A stretch of DNA of 43,007 bases from Parcubacteria group bacterium (GCA_016176785.1 JACOWN010000011.1:1-43007), one strand, 5' to 3'. Numbered from the stretch's first letter, positions 1-11,277 are shown. Translations and numbers: made by a program. The notes: generated by a model not told the origin, from the sequence alone.

Positions 1-348
1 CGCGGCCGAAACGCCGGCGACATTCAAGACCAGCTTCTTTCCGGCATCATGCGCGACGCGCACCATTTGCGGCAAATGATTTTCGTAATACGGGATGCCG
101 CCGTTCGGCATACCGCGCGAGTTTACCGTAAAGAGCAGACTGTCGGTGTCGCTCCGTTGTTCATAATACGTCACGCCTTGATTTTCCGGACGCGGTGACG
201 CCGTTACTGAACCAACGACGATCGCCGCGATCGATGTGCGGGCAAACTTCTCGACGTCTTCAAGCGTCCTGCATGTTCCGGCGGCGTTTATGATCGGGTG
301 TTCAAGGTCCATTCCCGCGAGCGTTACCGCGAGGTCCCCGGTATCCAT
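1..348 (-). CDS. pyrD: Dihydroorotate dehydrogenase family protein, N-terminal part (runs off window start)
   Basis: Hand translation MDTGDLAVTLAGMDLEHPIINAAGTC...GSVTASPRPENQG...VNSRGMPNGG matches PyrD N-terminal motifs (NAAG, T..PR.GN, NS.GxPN). Confidence 0.8.
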   Translation of the reverse strand, partial: MDTGDLAVTLAGMDLEHPIINAAGTCRTLEDVEKFARTSIAAIVVGSVTASPRPENQGVTYYEQRSDTDSLLFTVNSRGMPNGGIPYYENHLPQMVRVAHDAGKKLVLNVAGVSAA

Positions 349-464
349 AGCGACCCCCACGAGCCAACTGACACAAACTCGCCGAAGTGTATAACAAACA
401 ACAAAAAAAGCAACTCCTTGCGATAAGCAGGACGAACCAAAACTCTTTGACTTTTCTAACGTGA

Positions 465-536
465 TGCGAGCGGAAGGAATCGAACCTTCGGCCTCTGTCT
501 TATCAGGACAGCGTTCTGCCACTGAACTACGCTCGC
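465..536 (-). tRNA. tRNA-Ile (GAU), CCA not encoded
   Basis: GCGAGCG acceptor stem, D arm, anticodon arm CTGTC-CTGATAA-GACAG, T arm GAAGG-TTCGATT-CCTTC. Confidence 0.95.
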
Positions 537-603
537 GCACAAAGCACTATTGAAATTTAAAAATTATTTTCTTTTTGACCGAACGAACCATTTATGCCGA
601 TGA

Positions 604-659
604 TATCAGGACAGCGCCTGCCTGCCGTCAGGCAGGTTCTGCCGCTTGACTACGCTCGC
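604..659 (-). pseudogene. Degenerate 5' half of tRNA-Ile carrying a 20-bp palindromic insertion
   Basis: Matches 501-536 with a few substitutions, interrupted by CCTGCCTGCCGTCAGGCAGG at 617-636; no T arm or 3' acceptor strand. Confidence 0.8.
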
Positions 660-782
660 AAGAAAGAAAGGGCACGAAGAAAAAACTCTGCGCCGACACA
701 ACGTATGGTAGCAAAAAACCGGCCATAGCGCAAAGAAAATTCGCTTCTCTGTTTCTTATATTTTCTGTGTTACAATGCCGCT

Positions 783-1667
783 ATGAGCCAGGAAAAAATT
801 ATCGGCATTTATCACAAAGATTGTCTTGACGGCACGACGGCCGCGGCGGTGCTTTTGAAAAAATTTCCCGACTGCCTGCTTGTTTCTCTTTCTCATCGCT
901 ACACCGAGGGCGATGTGGAGCGGGTCCTCCAAAAAACAACTCGCGAGACAACCGTCTTTATTGTTGATTTTTCTTTGCGGGAAGGACACACGGAGAAGCT
1001 CATGCAAACGGCACGGGAAGTCATCAACATTGACCATCATGTCGGCGCCGAGGAAAAATTGCGCGCCCTCGCCGAACGTCATACGGGGTTCACGTATGTT
1101 TTTGACAACAGCCGTTCCGGCGCCTCGCTGACGTGGGTGTATTTTTACGGGGAAAAAAACATTCCTCAAATTATTCTCTTTGTTGAGGACTCTGACCTCT
1201 GGCGTTTCTCGTTCGGCGACAAGACGCGCCATGCCGCAAGTTACCTCTACCAATTTACGGAAAAACCGAAAGAGGTGCTCGGTTTTATGGAGCGAGGCGA
1301 TGCGGCGATAAAAGAAATACTTGAAAAAGGGAAAGTGTTTTTTGAGTATCGCGAATACCTCACCGATATACTTATGAAAACCGTCCTGCCGGTGATGATC
1401 AATGTCGGCGGGCATATCGTTCCGGCGCACAATTCTCCCGAGTTCCTCCGTTCAGACGTCGGACACAAACTGGCCGTTGAGCTCGGAAAAACGGTCTCGA
1501 CGTTCGTTATAGACAATGATTCCGTACGCCTTCATTTCCGCGGGGATGCGGCGTATAGCCCGTCCGCGCTTGAACTTGCCAAACTGCTTGGCGGCGGGGG
1601 GCATAGAAATGCCGCGGGCGCTCAAGTGCCGCTCAAAGATTTCTGCGGGATGATCGTCCCGCGCTAG
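783..1667 (+). CDS. DHH/DHHA1 family phosphoesterase (nanoRNase-like)
   Basis: YHKDCLDG, IVDFS, IDHH, DSDLW and C-terminal GGGGHRNAAG motifs. Confidence 0.9.
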   Translation: MSQEKIIGIYHKDCLDGTTAAAVLLKKFPDCLLVSLSHRYTEGDVERVLQKTTRETTVFIVDFSLREGHTEKLMQTAREVINIDHHVGAEEKLRALAERHTGFTYVFDNSRSGASLTWVYFYGEKNIPQIILFVEDSDLWRFSFGDKTRHAASYLYQFTEKPKEVLGFMERGDAAIKEILEKGKVFFEYREYLTDILMKTVLPVMINVGGHIVPAHNSPEFLRSDVGHKLAVELGKTVSTFVIDNDSVRLHFRGDAAYSPSALELAKLLGGGGHRNAAGAQVPLKDFCGMIVPR

Positions 1668-1687
1668 AGGAGAGAGATAAAAAGTTC

Positions 1688-1717
1688 AGCCGGTCTTCCG
1701 AAGAGGAAGACCGGCTG
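1688..1717. terminator. Hairpin terminator between convergent genes
   Basis: CAGCCGGTCTTCC / GGAAGACCGGCTG inverted repeat. Confidence 0.7.
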
Positions 1718-1738
1718 TTGAGGTTGGGGGGCGATGTG

Positions 1739-2143
1739 TCAGGCGACTTCCCCTGCCGCCTTGACGCGGTTGTGGCGGGGGAAGGTGGCGATGACGCGAA
1801 GCCTGCTCCGCCGCAGGAGACCTGCGGCGGAGACGACGGCGGCCATGGCGGCGGCGGTCAGGAGCAGAACTGCCCCCTGCATCGCCGCCGCGGCGATGAA
1901 ATACGCTTCCGTCGCGTTCGCCGCGGCGCTCTTCGCGGCGGTCGCCGCGCCCGCCGCGAGGTAGAACTCCGCCGCGCCGACGACGAACGCGACGGCGGTG
2001 ACGAACGCGACGGCGGCGACGACCGCGGCGCTGTAGAAACAGCGCCCGACGACGGCGGCGACGACCGCCGCGATTGTGATCGCGGAGGGCGCGCCCACCG
2101 CGATCAAAAACAGAAAATCGAAGGACCTCATCTTCACCTCCAT
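1739..2143 (-). CDS. Hypothetical Ala/Val-rich membrane protein
   Basis: Hydrophobic ORF with an internal 18-bp tandem repeat (about 1981-2030), upstream -10-like hexamer and downstream hairpin. Confidence 0.45.
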   Translation of the reverse strand: MEVKMRSFDFLFLIAVGAPSAITIAAVVAAVVGRCFYSAAVVAAVAFVTAVAFVVGAAEFYLAAGAATAAKSAAANATEAYFIAAAAMQGAVLLLTAAAMAAVVSAAGLLRRSRLRVIATFPRHNRVKAAGEVA

Positions 2144-2209
2144 ATCAGATTGTACTTATTTTATGATAGCATATATTATACTCTTTGTCAACATATCCGA
2201 GAGCATCCG

Positions 2210-2248
2210 AAAAAGCGGCTGAAATGACCTTATTTCAGCCGCTTTTTT
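2210..2248 (-). terminator. Terminator of the 16S transcript
   Basis: AAAAAGCGGCTGAAAT...ATTTCAGCCGCTTTTT, downstream of the 16S 3' processing strand. Confidence 0.75.
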
Positions 2249-2393
2249 ACCCTTTGCTTCACTAAAAAATCCTCTCTTTTGTTCCGTCCTGTCCCCTGAT
2301 CTCGACTTAGAGCTCCGAGACCAACACTCTTTTTTAGCCGCAAAGCGGCTTTCAACCTGGTCGCCATCCCGCGCAAGACGCGGAATGGAAATA

Positions 2394-4032
<1,639 letters not shown>

Positions 4033-4131
4033 AAATGGACAGAACAGAACAAAAGAAAGGGTTTCCTTTTGCTGTTCGTTATTTGATTGTCAAGGTTCGC
4101 AATTCAAAAGTGCCCATCGGGCACGTACCTT

Positions 4132-4159
4132 AGTATACCGAACGGTTTACTTTTGGCAA
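4132..4159 (-). promoter_or_regulatory. Sigma70 promoter of 16S gene
   Basis: TTGCCA-16 bp-TATACT, followed by boxA-like GAACCTTGACAATC (4085-4098). Confidence 0.75.
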
Positions 4160-4230
4160 GTCCGCCGGTGCGGACGTGTGCACACTATACCATGCATGAA
4201 GCCGCGCCGCAATCCAACAAAAAAACCGGC

Positions 4231-4602
4231 CTAGTGTTGGCCGGGGCTTTGCGCGCGTGCGCGCCGTTTTTCATTCATATGGAAACCGAGAAAGAGCAGG
4301 CCGACCGAACAACTGAACGCGGCGAGGGCGTAGACGATGCCGAACCAGAACAAGGCGCCGATGCTTGCCGCGTTAAGAACGGCGCTCGCGAAAAAGACCG
4401 ACACATACCGGCCGTACCGAAAGATGCGCGCATAGTGCGGCAGCGCCGGCCACCACACGAACCAGAACGCGGGCGCCGCGGCGCCGAGCGGGTCGCTCAT
4501 CATGAGAACCGGACCGTACCAAAAATTGACTGCCGCCGCATGGACGAAGGACGATGCGAGGCAGAGCGCAAGAAGCGTCGTTTTTGTTTTCGGCTTGCGC
4601 AT
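4231..4602 (-). CDS. Hypothetical membrane protein
   Basis: Several hydrophobic segments; starts 9 nt after the E2 stop codon. Start uncertain. Confidence 0.55.
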   Translation of the reverse strand: MRKPKTKTTLLALCLASSFVHAAAVNFWYGPVLMMSDPLGAAAPAFWFVWWPALPHYARIFRYGRYVSVFFASAVLNAASIGALFWFGIVYALAAFSCSVGLLFLGFHMNEKRRARAQSPGQH

Positions 4603-4610
4603 GGCCGCTC

Positions 4611-5474
4611 TTAGAAAGACGCTTCGTCGCGGATGAGTTTCCACAAAGCGGACGGCGATTCTTGGCTCTCAAAATACTGCGCAATCCGCGCGAGCATGCG
4701 CATCGGGAGCGCGCCGTCGCAGACGCGGTGGTCTATTCGGAACGCAAGCCGCGTAAATCGCCGTCGCGCGTCAAGTCCCGACTGTATGAGCGTCAGGTTG
4801 AAAAGAAAAGACGTCGGGCGAATGCGGTTCTCGTCATCACGCGTTGAGGGAACGGTTGAGTGCGGCGCCATGTCGCCCAAAGCGCCCGTATTGTTGAAAG
4901 TGACGCCGAGATTTCGGCATTCCTCAAGCGTTATGAGCCCTTGTTTTGCGCGGCAAATGCGGTCGTTGACCGTTGCGGCAAGCTCAAGGAACGAGAGGAG
5001 CTCTGCGCGCTCTATGACCGGCATGACCAGCACCTCGTCGCCGTCCTTGCAGGGGACGTTCACGGCAATACCCATGCTGACGCCGTTCAAGAAACAGACC
5101 TGCTCCGTTGCGGCATCCCAATACGCATTCAGCCGAGAAAATGCGGGGCGCGCGATGAGCCGCGCCGCGAGGTACATGAAAAAATAATCGTACCGGAGCG
5201 GGAGCCGCGCGAACGAAGCGAAAGCTTCCCGCTCCCGCGTTACAAACGCAAAGAGATCGGTCACTTCAAACTGCTTCGTCATACCCCCGCCCGTGGGAAT
5301 CTTCGCACTCTCGGTCATGAGCCGCGATTGTTCAAGGCGAAGCGGGTGCGGCGCGGCCATGCGGCCGCGCCGCACAAAATCGTCCGCCGCAATCTGGGGG
5401 TTCCGCGCGGACCCGCCGTTTGAGTGCCACTCCGTTTCGGTCGTTTCGGGAGGAAATGCGCCTTTGCTGGCCAT
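4611..5474 (-). CDS. 2-oxoacid dehydrogenase E2 acyltransferase, catalytic domain only
   Basis: LVMPVI, TFNNTGALG and DHRVCDG motifs; downstream of E1 alpha/beta; no lipoyl-domain motif. Confidence 0.8.
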   Translation of the reverse strand: MASKGAFPPETTETEWHSNGGSARNPQIAADDFVRRGRMAAPHPLRLEQSRLMTESAKIPTGGGMTKQFEVTDLFAFVTREREAFASFARLPLRYDYFFMYLAARLIARPAFSRLNAYWDAATEQVCFLNGVSMGIAVNVPCKDGDEVLVMPVIERAELLSFLELAATVNDRICRAKQGLITLEECRNLGVTFNNTGALGDMAPHSTVPSTRDDENRIRPTSFLFNLTLIQSGLDARRRFTRLAFRIDHRVCDGALPMRMLARIAQYFESQESPSALWKLIRDEASF

Positions 5475-5579
5475 GCGAAAGCCCTTTCTTCACAACAGGT
5501 TCTACCACTTGTTGTAACACGAAAACGGAAAAAGAAAAAAGACGCCCGAAGAACGGACGTCATTTCCAGCAGTAGTGAA

Positions 5580-6635
5580 TTAAAATGAGAGAACATGCCG
5601 CGCGGCGTTGAGAACCCGTTCCGCCGTCGGCATCTGCAGATGCTCCATGCGCGGCAGCGGCATGACGGTGTCGTACGCCGTCACCCGCTTCACGGGCGCT
5701 TGAAGCGACGTCAGGCCTTCGTCGGCGAGCCGCGCGGCGATTTCCGCGCCGAAGCCGCCGGTAAGCGTCGCCTCGTGAACGATAACGCACCGACCTGTTT
5801 TCTCCACGGAACGGAGAATGGTTCCAAAATCAAATGTCGGTCCGAGCGTTGCAACGTCAACGACATCCGCGCTCCTTCCTTCGCTCGTTTCAAGCACGCG
5901 CGCCGCTTCAAGCGTTTCCCGCATCATGGCGCCCCACGAAACGAGCGTCAGCGCGTCTCCTTCGCGGAGCACGAACGACGTGTCAAGCGGAAGGGCAATT
6001 CCGTCGTCTTCCACCGTCTCAAAAAATGAGCGATACTCCCGTTTCGGTTCCAAAAAAACGACGGGGTCCGGATCGCGCACTGCGGCGAGAAGAAGACCGT
6101 ACGCCCGTTTCGGGGAAGACGGCACAACGACGCGGATCCCCGGCAAATGCGCGAAAAGCGCTTCGGTGCTTTCCGAGTGATGCTCCGGAGCGTGGATTCC
6201 GCCGCCATAGGGCATGCGAATGACGAGGGGGCACGAAAGAACGCCTTCGGTCCTGTTGCGAAGCCGCGCCGCATGACACAACACTTGGTCAAGAGCGGGC
6301 GGGCAGAAGCCCATGAACTGGATTTCAACAACGGGCCGAAGCCCCATCGCCGCCATGCCGACAGCGGTTCCGATGAGCATTGATTCGGCGAGCGGGGTGT
6401 CAAAGACGCGGCGTTCGCCAAAACGCTTTTGCAGCCCTTCCGTTACGCGGAACACGCCGCCGTTTACGCCGACATCCTCGCCGAAAAGGAGCACGTTTTC
6501 GTCTTCCTCAAGGACGCGCGCAAGCGCAAGCCGCACCGCCTCAAGAATAGTCCGCTCGTTGGGAACGCGTTGCTTCGTTCTCTCGCCCTGCTTCAACACG
6601 CCGACAACGGTGTCTGTTTCGGGAACGCCGGTCAT
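5580..6635 (-). CDS. pdhB: Pyruvate/2-oxoacid dehydrogenase E1 beta subunit
   Basis: FGEDVGVNGGVFRVTEGL, FDTPLAES, EIQFMGF, HHSES, DPVVFLEPK. Confidence 0.93.
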   Translation of the reverse strand: MTGVPETDTVVGVLKQGERTKQRVPNERTILEAVRLALARVLEEDENVLLFGEDVGVNGGVFRVTEGLQKRFGERRVFDTPLAESMLIGTAVGMAAMGLRPVVEIQFMGFCPPALDQVLCHAARLRNRTEGVLSCPLVIRMPYGGGIHAPEHHSESTEALFAHLPGIRVVVPSSPKRAYGLLLAAVRDPDPVVFLEPKREYRSFFETVEDDGIALPLDTSFVLREGDALTLVSWGAMMRETLEAARVLETSEGRSADVVDVATLGPTFDFGTILRSVEKTGRCVIVHEATLTGGFGAEIAARLADEGLTSLQAPVKRVTAYDTVMPLPRMEHLQMPTAERVLNAARHVLSF

Positions 6636-7738
6636 GGCGCGTCTCCTTTCTCGCGAATGAATTCTGCTTTTTGCCGCGCAACCGATGGCGGCAATGACGC
6701 GTAGAGGTGGTCAAACATTGCCGCGCATTGCCGCGGCGCGTCTTTGACAATGCGGAGGTATGCGTCCTTCTCCGCCTCAACGCCCGCCTCTATGCTCGCG
6801 CAAATTTCCGCGTCGTCTTCTCCCCGCAACATGCCGCGCGAGGTGAGAAACGCGCGAAGGCGCGCGATCGGTTCGCGTTCCGTGGCCGCACTTACTTCTT
6901 CCACGCTCCGATACCGGCCGGCACTGCCAGCGTCCGCGGTCGTGTGGTCGCCGAGGCGATACGTTTCTGCCTCAACAAGCACCGGACCTTTGCCCGCGCG
7001 CGCCGCCGCGCACGCCTCGCCGAGAATGTGCCGGACCGCGATGATGTCGTTGCCGTCAACACGCACACACGGCATGCCGAACGCTACCGCTTTTTGGGCA
7101 AGCGTCGGGGCGGCGGTTTGTTTCTGACGAGGCACGGAAATTGCCCACTGATTGTTGGAAATGACGAACACGACCGGCGCCAGAAAGACGCTCGCCCAGT
7201 TGAGCGCTTCGTAGAAGTCGCCTTCCGAAGTCGCTCCGTCCCCAAGCGCGCAGACGGCGATGCGGCTTTCGCCGCGATATTTGAACGCGAACGCGGCGCC
7301 GGCGGCGTGGAGGGCATGCGTCGCAATGGGGATGCAGACGGGAAAATTCCCGTGCCGCGCGATCTCTGCGCTGCCGCGTTCGTCGCCGCCCCAAAAAAGA
7401 AAGAGCGCCTGCAATGGAACGCCGCGCATAAAGAGCGCGCCGCCTTCACGGTACTGCAAAAGAAAGACGTCATCGGACCGCATGACGCTCCCGATGGCGA
7501 CGCTCACCGCTTCCTGCCCAAGGACGCTTGGATAGGTGCCGAGTTGGCCGGTTTTTTGCAGATTGACCGCTTTTGCGTCAAAAACGCGCGCCAATACCAT
7601 CCACCGATACATCGAGAGAAGTTCGGAAGGGTCCTCGGCAAACGGCGGAAGCGGCTTTTTCACCACCGCCCCGCGTTCGTCAAGGAACCGATGAAGATGC
7701 AGGTCAAAGGTGACTTTTCCAATGCGGGTCCCGCTCAT
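6632..7738 (-). CDS. pdhA: Pyruvate/2-oxoacid dehydrogenase E1 alpha subunit
   Basis: GQEA, YRE, TPP motif GDGATSEGDFYE...NNQWAIS, TYRLGDHTTAD. Confidence 0.93.
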   Translation of the reverse strand: MSGTRIGKVTFDLHLHRFLDERGAVVKKPLPPFAEDPSELLSMYRWMVLARVFDAKAVNLQKTGQLGTYPSVLGQEAVSVAIGSVMRSDDVFLLQYREGGALFMRGVPLQALFLFWGGDERGSAEIARHGNFPVCIPIATHALHAAGAAFAFKYRGESRIAVCALGDGATSEGDFYEALNWASVFLAPVVFVISNNQWAISVPRQKQTAAPTLAQKAVAFGMPCVRVDGNDIIAVRHILGEACAAARAGKGPVLVEAETYRLGDHTTADAGSAGRYRSVEEVSAATEREPIARLRAFLTSRGMLRGEDDAEICASIEAGVEAEKDAYLRIVKDAPRQCAAMFDHLYASLPPSVARQKAEFIREKGDAP

Positions 7739-7814
7739 ATCGCACCTTTTTTCAAGAGTTCTTCTGCCCCAACTTTCCCACGATGCCGATAAAAAATCAA
7801 CCGAGCGTCCGCAT

Positions 7815-7843
7815 GAAAAAGCCGCCCCTGAGGAGGCGGTTCT
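7815..7843 (-). terminator. Rho-independent terminator
   Basis: GAACCGCC-TCCTCAGG-GGCGGCTTTTT on minus strand. Confidence 0.6.
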
Positions 7844-7867
7844 AAGAAGTTGGGGAGGACGGTCAGG

Positions 7868-7993
7868 TCAGTCGAAATAACCGGCGGAGACGAGCGCCTT
7901 CATGAGGCGCCAGAAGAGAACCGGGTCTCCGGTTCTCTCCGAGAGTTCGCGAAGCTCCGGCCGGAGCTTCGCGGTACGCGGATTTTTGTACAT
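7868..7993 (-). CDS. Possible 41-aa small protein within a structured ~200-nt transcript (could be ncRNA)
   Basis: MYKNPRTAKLRPELRELSERTGDPVLFWRLMKALVSAGYFD; upstream TTGACT-17-CATACT promoter, downstream terminator. Confidence 0.4.
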   Translation of the reverse strand: MYKNPRTAKLRPELRELSERTGDPVLFWRLMKALVSAGYFD

Positions 7994-8056
7994 TGGTCAA
8001 ATCTCCGTATTTTTGCGCTCGGCATAGTATGACAAACTCTCAGAGAATAGTCAAGG

Positions 8057-8629
8057 TTATGTCTTGACACGGCGCTCCCGCGCGGCGATTTCTTTCATGA
8101 CGCGGTCAACTTCAGCAAAGAGTTCTTCGCGGGTGCCGTCGTTCCGTATGTGAAAATCCGCTTGCGCGATGACGGCTGCGATATTTTGTTTTGCGGGATC
8201 GGTCGCGTGCATTTCCCGTTCTTCATCGGCGCAAAATGCGTCAAAAGAAACGCCATCCGTTGAGCTCCCGCGTTTTATGACGCGTTCATACCGAGTGCGC
8301 GGCTCTGCATCAACGGCGATCAGATAAAAACCGTCGGCGCGCTCAAGCGCGCCGACTTCGCCCGGCGTACGCACCGATTCAATGACCGCATCGCCGCCCT
8401 CTCTCTGCGCTTGGCGATACAGTGCCAAAGCGAGATACCCCGGCCCGTAGCGTCGGCGCAGATCATTACCCACGTGAACCATCGTATCGCGGGACACCGG
8501 CAGATCGCGGCATTCTATCTCTTTCACTAAAAAATCCCGCACGGAATAGTGCCGGAATCCGCGCCGCACGAGACGCGACACAACCTCCCCCTTGCCCGCG
8601 CCGAGCGTTCCGGTAATCCCGAGTATCAT
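8057..8629 (-). CDS. P-loop nucleoside/nucleotide kinase-fold protein (dephospho-CoA/adenylate kinase-like)
   Basis: MILGITGTLGAGKG Walker A, VIESVR..GEV, ADFHIRND; start overlaps secF stop (ATGA). Confidence 0.8.
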   Translation of the reverse strand: MILGITGTLGAGKGEVVSRLVRRGFRHYSVRDFLVKEIECRDLPVSRDTMVHVGNDLRRRYGPGYLALALYRQAQREGGDAVIESVRTPGEVGALERADGFYLIAVDAEPRTRYERVIKRGSSTDGVSFDAFCADEEREMHATDPAKQNIAAVIAQADFHIRNDGTREELFAEVDRVMKEIAARERRVKT

Positions 8630-9558
8630 GCGTCTTTCGGCCGCCCCATAAGAGCCAAAAGCGGCGCGGCCAAGAAGAGCGACGACCACGTGCCGGCGAT
8701 AACACCGATCGAGAGGACGAGCGCGAAGTTTTGCGTTGCCGCGCTGCCGATGAAGTACAGAGCGAGAAGCGCGAAGAGCGTCGTGAGGGAGGTGTTCAAA
8801 GAACGGCCGTACGACTGGTTCAAACTTTCACCGACCGTTTCTTCAAACGGTTTTTCAAGCCCCGCGTCATGGTTGCGGCGCAGATTATCGCGCACGCGGT
8901 CAAAAACGACGATGGTGTCGTTCACCGAATAGCCGAGAATGGCAAGAAGCGCCATAACGAACAGGGCGTCTATCTGCGCGTCAATAAAACGGCTCCCCAA
9001 AAACGCAAAAAGGCCGGTGGGGATGATAACGTCGTGTAGCAAGGCAACGACAGCGACGGCGCCGTAATGCCATCCGCGAACGCGGATGGTTTCTTCCTCC
9101 CCGAGCGCGGCGCCGGATGCTTTCCGAAACGCAAAAGCGAGATAAAGGATAATCGCAAGCGCGACCGCGCCTATCGCGATCCACGCTTTTCGCTTCATCT
9201 CTGCTCCGATAGACGGGCCGACCAAACTATATCGCTCTTCAACGAGCTGGTCGCGCCCCTCGGCAGAGAGCGCGCTGATGAGCCGAGAGCGTTCGTCCTG
9301 CGCGAGCGCCCTTGCGCGAATGATATAGCCGCGTTCCCCCGCCTCTTGCACCAATGCATCCGAGAAACCCGCCGCCGTGAGGCGTTCATGCATGAGGCGC
9401 ACATCAGGCCGCGCGTTCACGTAGTTCACTTCAGTGATAACGCCGCCGCTAAACTCAATGCTGGGGTTTAATCCCCACCACAGCATCGCAAAAAGCGCGA
9501 ACGCGACAAATGCGCCCGAGATTGAGAAAAAAAGCGTTTTGTGGCGAATGACGAACAT
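8626..9558 (-). CDS. secF: Protein translocase subunit SecF
   Basis: SIEFSGG, VGPSIG, LLHDV, GYSVNDTIVVFDRVRDN, RSLNTS. Confidence 0.95.
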   Translation of the reverse strand: MFVIRHKTLFFSISGAFVAFALFAMLWWGLNPSIEFSGGVITEVNYVNARPDVRLMHERLTAAGFSDALVQEAGERGYIIRARALAQDERSRLISALSAEGRDQLVEERYSLVGPSIGAEMKRKAWIAIGAVALAIILYLAFAFRKASGAALGEEETIRVRGWHYGAVAVVALLHDVIIPTGLFAFLGSRFIDAQIDALFVMALLAILGYSVNDTIVVFDRVRDNLRRNHDAGLEKPFEETVGESLNQSYGRSLNTSLTTLFALLALYFIGSAATQNFALVLSIGVIAGTWSSLFLAAPLLALMGRPKDA

Positions 9559-9569
9559 GATCGGTCCGG

Positions 9570-10892
9570 TTATGAAGCCGGCGTCTTCGCATTTTCGGGT
9601 CTGAGACGGAACCCCGACCCGAAAAACACGCCGCCCGTCGTTTGGCTCCCCGCGAGCGCGCGCAACAAAACCCGCGTTACGGTAACGGCGGTTATCATGG
9701 AAACGAGAACGCCGAGGCCGAACACAAGCGCAAAACCCTTGACAATGCTCGTCCCGAACCAAAAGAGAATAACGGCGGAAATGATGCTCGTCACGTTGGC
9801 GTCGCGGATCGCTTGCCATGCGCGATCAAAACCGTTCCGGATCGCATCCGGCAGCGGCGTCCCGCCGCGCAATTCCTCCTTGAGGCGCTCAAAGATAAGA
9901 ACGTTCGCGTCAACCGCCATGCCGACAGAGAGGATGAAACCGGCAATGCCGGCCGCCGTGAGCGTTACGGGAATAAGTTTAAAAAGTGAAAGCATCAATA
10001 CGACGTACGAAAGCAGCGCCAACACGGCAATGAGTCCGGGCGCGCGATACCAAAGAATCATAAAAAGGCCGACTGCGAGAAGGCCCGCTACGCCCGCTTT
10101 GATGCCTTGGTCTTTGACGGATGCGCCGAGCGAAGCGCCGATCGTTTGGCTCCCCAGGAGTTCAATGGGTACGGGCAGCGCTCCGGCGTTCAAACGACCG
10201 ACGAGCGTTTTCGCTTCTTCAGGCGTGAATCTGCCGGTGATCTCCGCATCGCCGCCGCGAATTTCTTCCTGAATGACCGGCAAAGAAATGGGCGCGCCGT
10301 CAAGAAAGATGGCAAGCACTTCGCCCGTATGGTCGCGCGTGATGCGCGCAAAAAGGTCGGCGCCCTCGCTCGTAAAACCAAGCAGAACGAGCGGCTCGCC
10401 GGTCGTGCCGTTAAAACCGACGGAGGCGCGTTTGACAAAACGTCCCGTCAGACCGGTCGGCTCAAACGACGCATTCTCCCCTTCGCCGCGCGCGAGCTTA
10501 AACTCAAGCACGGGCGTTTGCCCTATCATGTCCACTGCGCGGTCAATGTCGGTCACGCCCGGAAGTTCAACGATGAGGCGATATTCTTTTTCATCGGATA
10601 TGAAACCGGCGGTGCGTTCGGTCTGGACGTTCGGCTCCGCAACGCCAAAAAGATTGACGCGCCGCTCAATGACGTCACGAAGCGATTCCATTGAAGCGGT
10701 AACGTCTCCCGACGCAAGCGCATTGATGTCCGCGCGATACACAAGATGCGTGCCGCCGGAGAGGTCGAGCCCGGTCTTAAACGGAAATCTTGAAAAAAAT
10801 CCGCCACTCGCCTGTTCCGAAGCAAATAAAAACCAGCCGACAAGAAGGCTGAAAAAAAGAACCCCGACGGCGGAAAGACGAGTCCACAACAT
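9570..10892 (-). CDS. secD: Protein translocase subunit SecD
   Basis: GLDLSGG, RRVNLFGVAEP, LNAGALPVP, GMAVDANVLIFER, IRDANVT. Confidence 0.95.
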   Translation of the reverse strand: MLWTRLSAVGVLFFSLLVGWFLFASEQASGGFFSRFPFKTGLDLSGGTHLVYRADINALASGDVTASMESLRDVIERRVNLFGVAEPNVQTERTAGFISDEKEYRLIVELPGVTDIDRAVDMIGQTPVLEFKLARGEGENASFEPTGLTGRFVKRASVGFNGTTGEPLVLLGFTSEGADLFARITRDHTGEVLAIFLDGAPISLPVIQEEIRGGDAEITGRFTPEEAKTLVGRLNAGALPVPIELLGSQTIGASLGASVKDQGIKAGVAGLLAVGLFMILWYRAPGLIAVLALLSYVVLMLSLFKLIPVTLTAAGIAGFILSVGMAVDANVLIFERLKEELRGGTPLPDAIRNGFDRAWQAIRDANVTSIISAVILFWFGTSIVKGFALVFGLGVLVSMITAVTVTRVLLRALAGSQTTGGVFFGSGFRLRPENAKTPAS

Positions 10893-11277
10893 CACTAGAG
10901 ACAATACCGCGAAATACCCGCCGATGCAACACCGATGCACCGCGCCGCGATCCCGCCCGCGGCAGTTATGCTTTGACAAACGGAAGAGGAGTTTTTACGT
11001 TTAAGAGAGGCGTAAGGAGGCGCTCCGCCCATGCGTGTTGCCCCCGCAAAGCCGACCGCGGAAACGCACAATCCGCCGCACGGATCCCCGCGGTATGCGC
11101 ACAAGAAAATCGGCCCGAAGCATTACGAACGCTGTTGTGAAAAATATGAACGCGCAGAAACCCCCGTCAACACGGGGTGCCGCGGCTTAAAAATAAACCT
11201 GTATGCGTGAAGCATGCGGGTTTTTTACAAACCAAGGCGCAGCAAAAAAGGGCGCAGGTGGCGTTAGACAACCGAAA

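Noticed and set aside
6707-7792. Long antisense ORFs (also 34846-36231, 37407-38348)
   Set aside because: Opposite well-supported genes; expected from GC-rich codon usage.
10895-11270. Small ORFs between secD and uppP
   Set aside because: No recognisable motif or coding signal.
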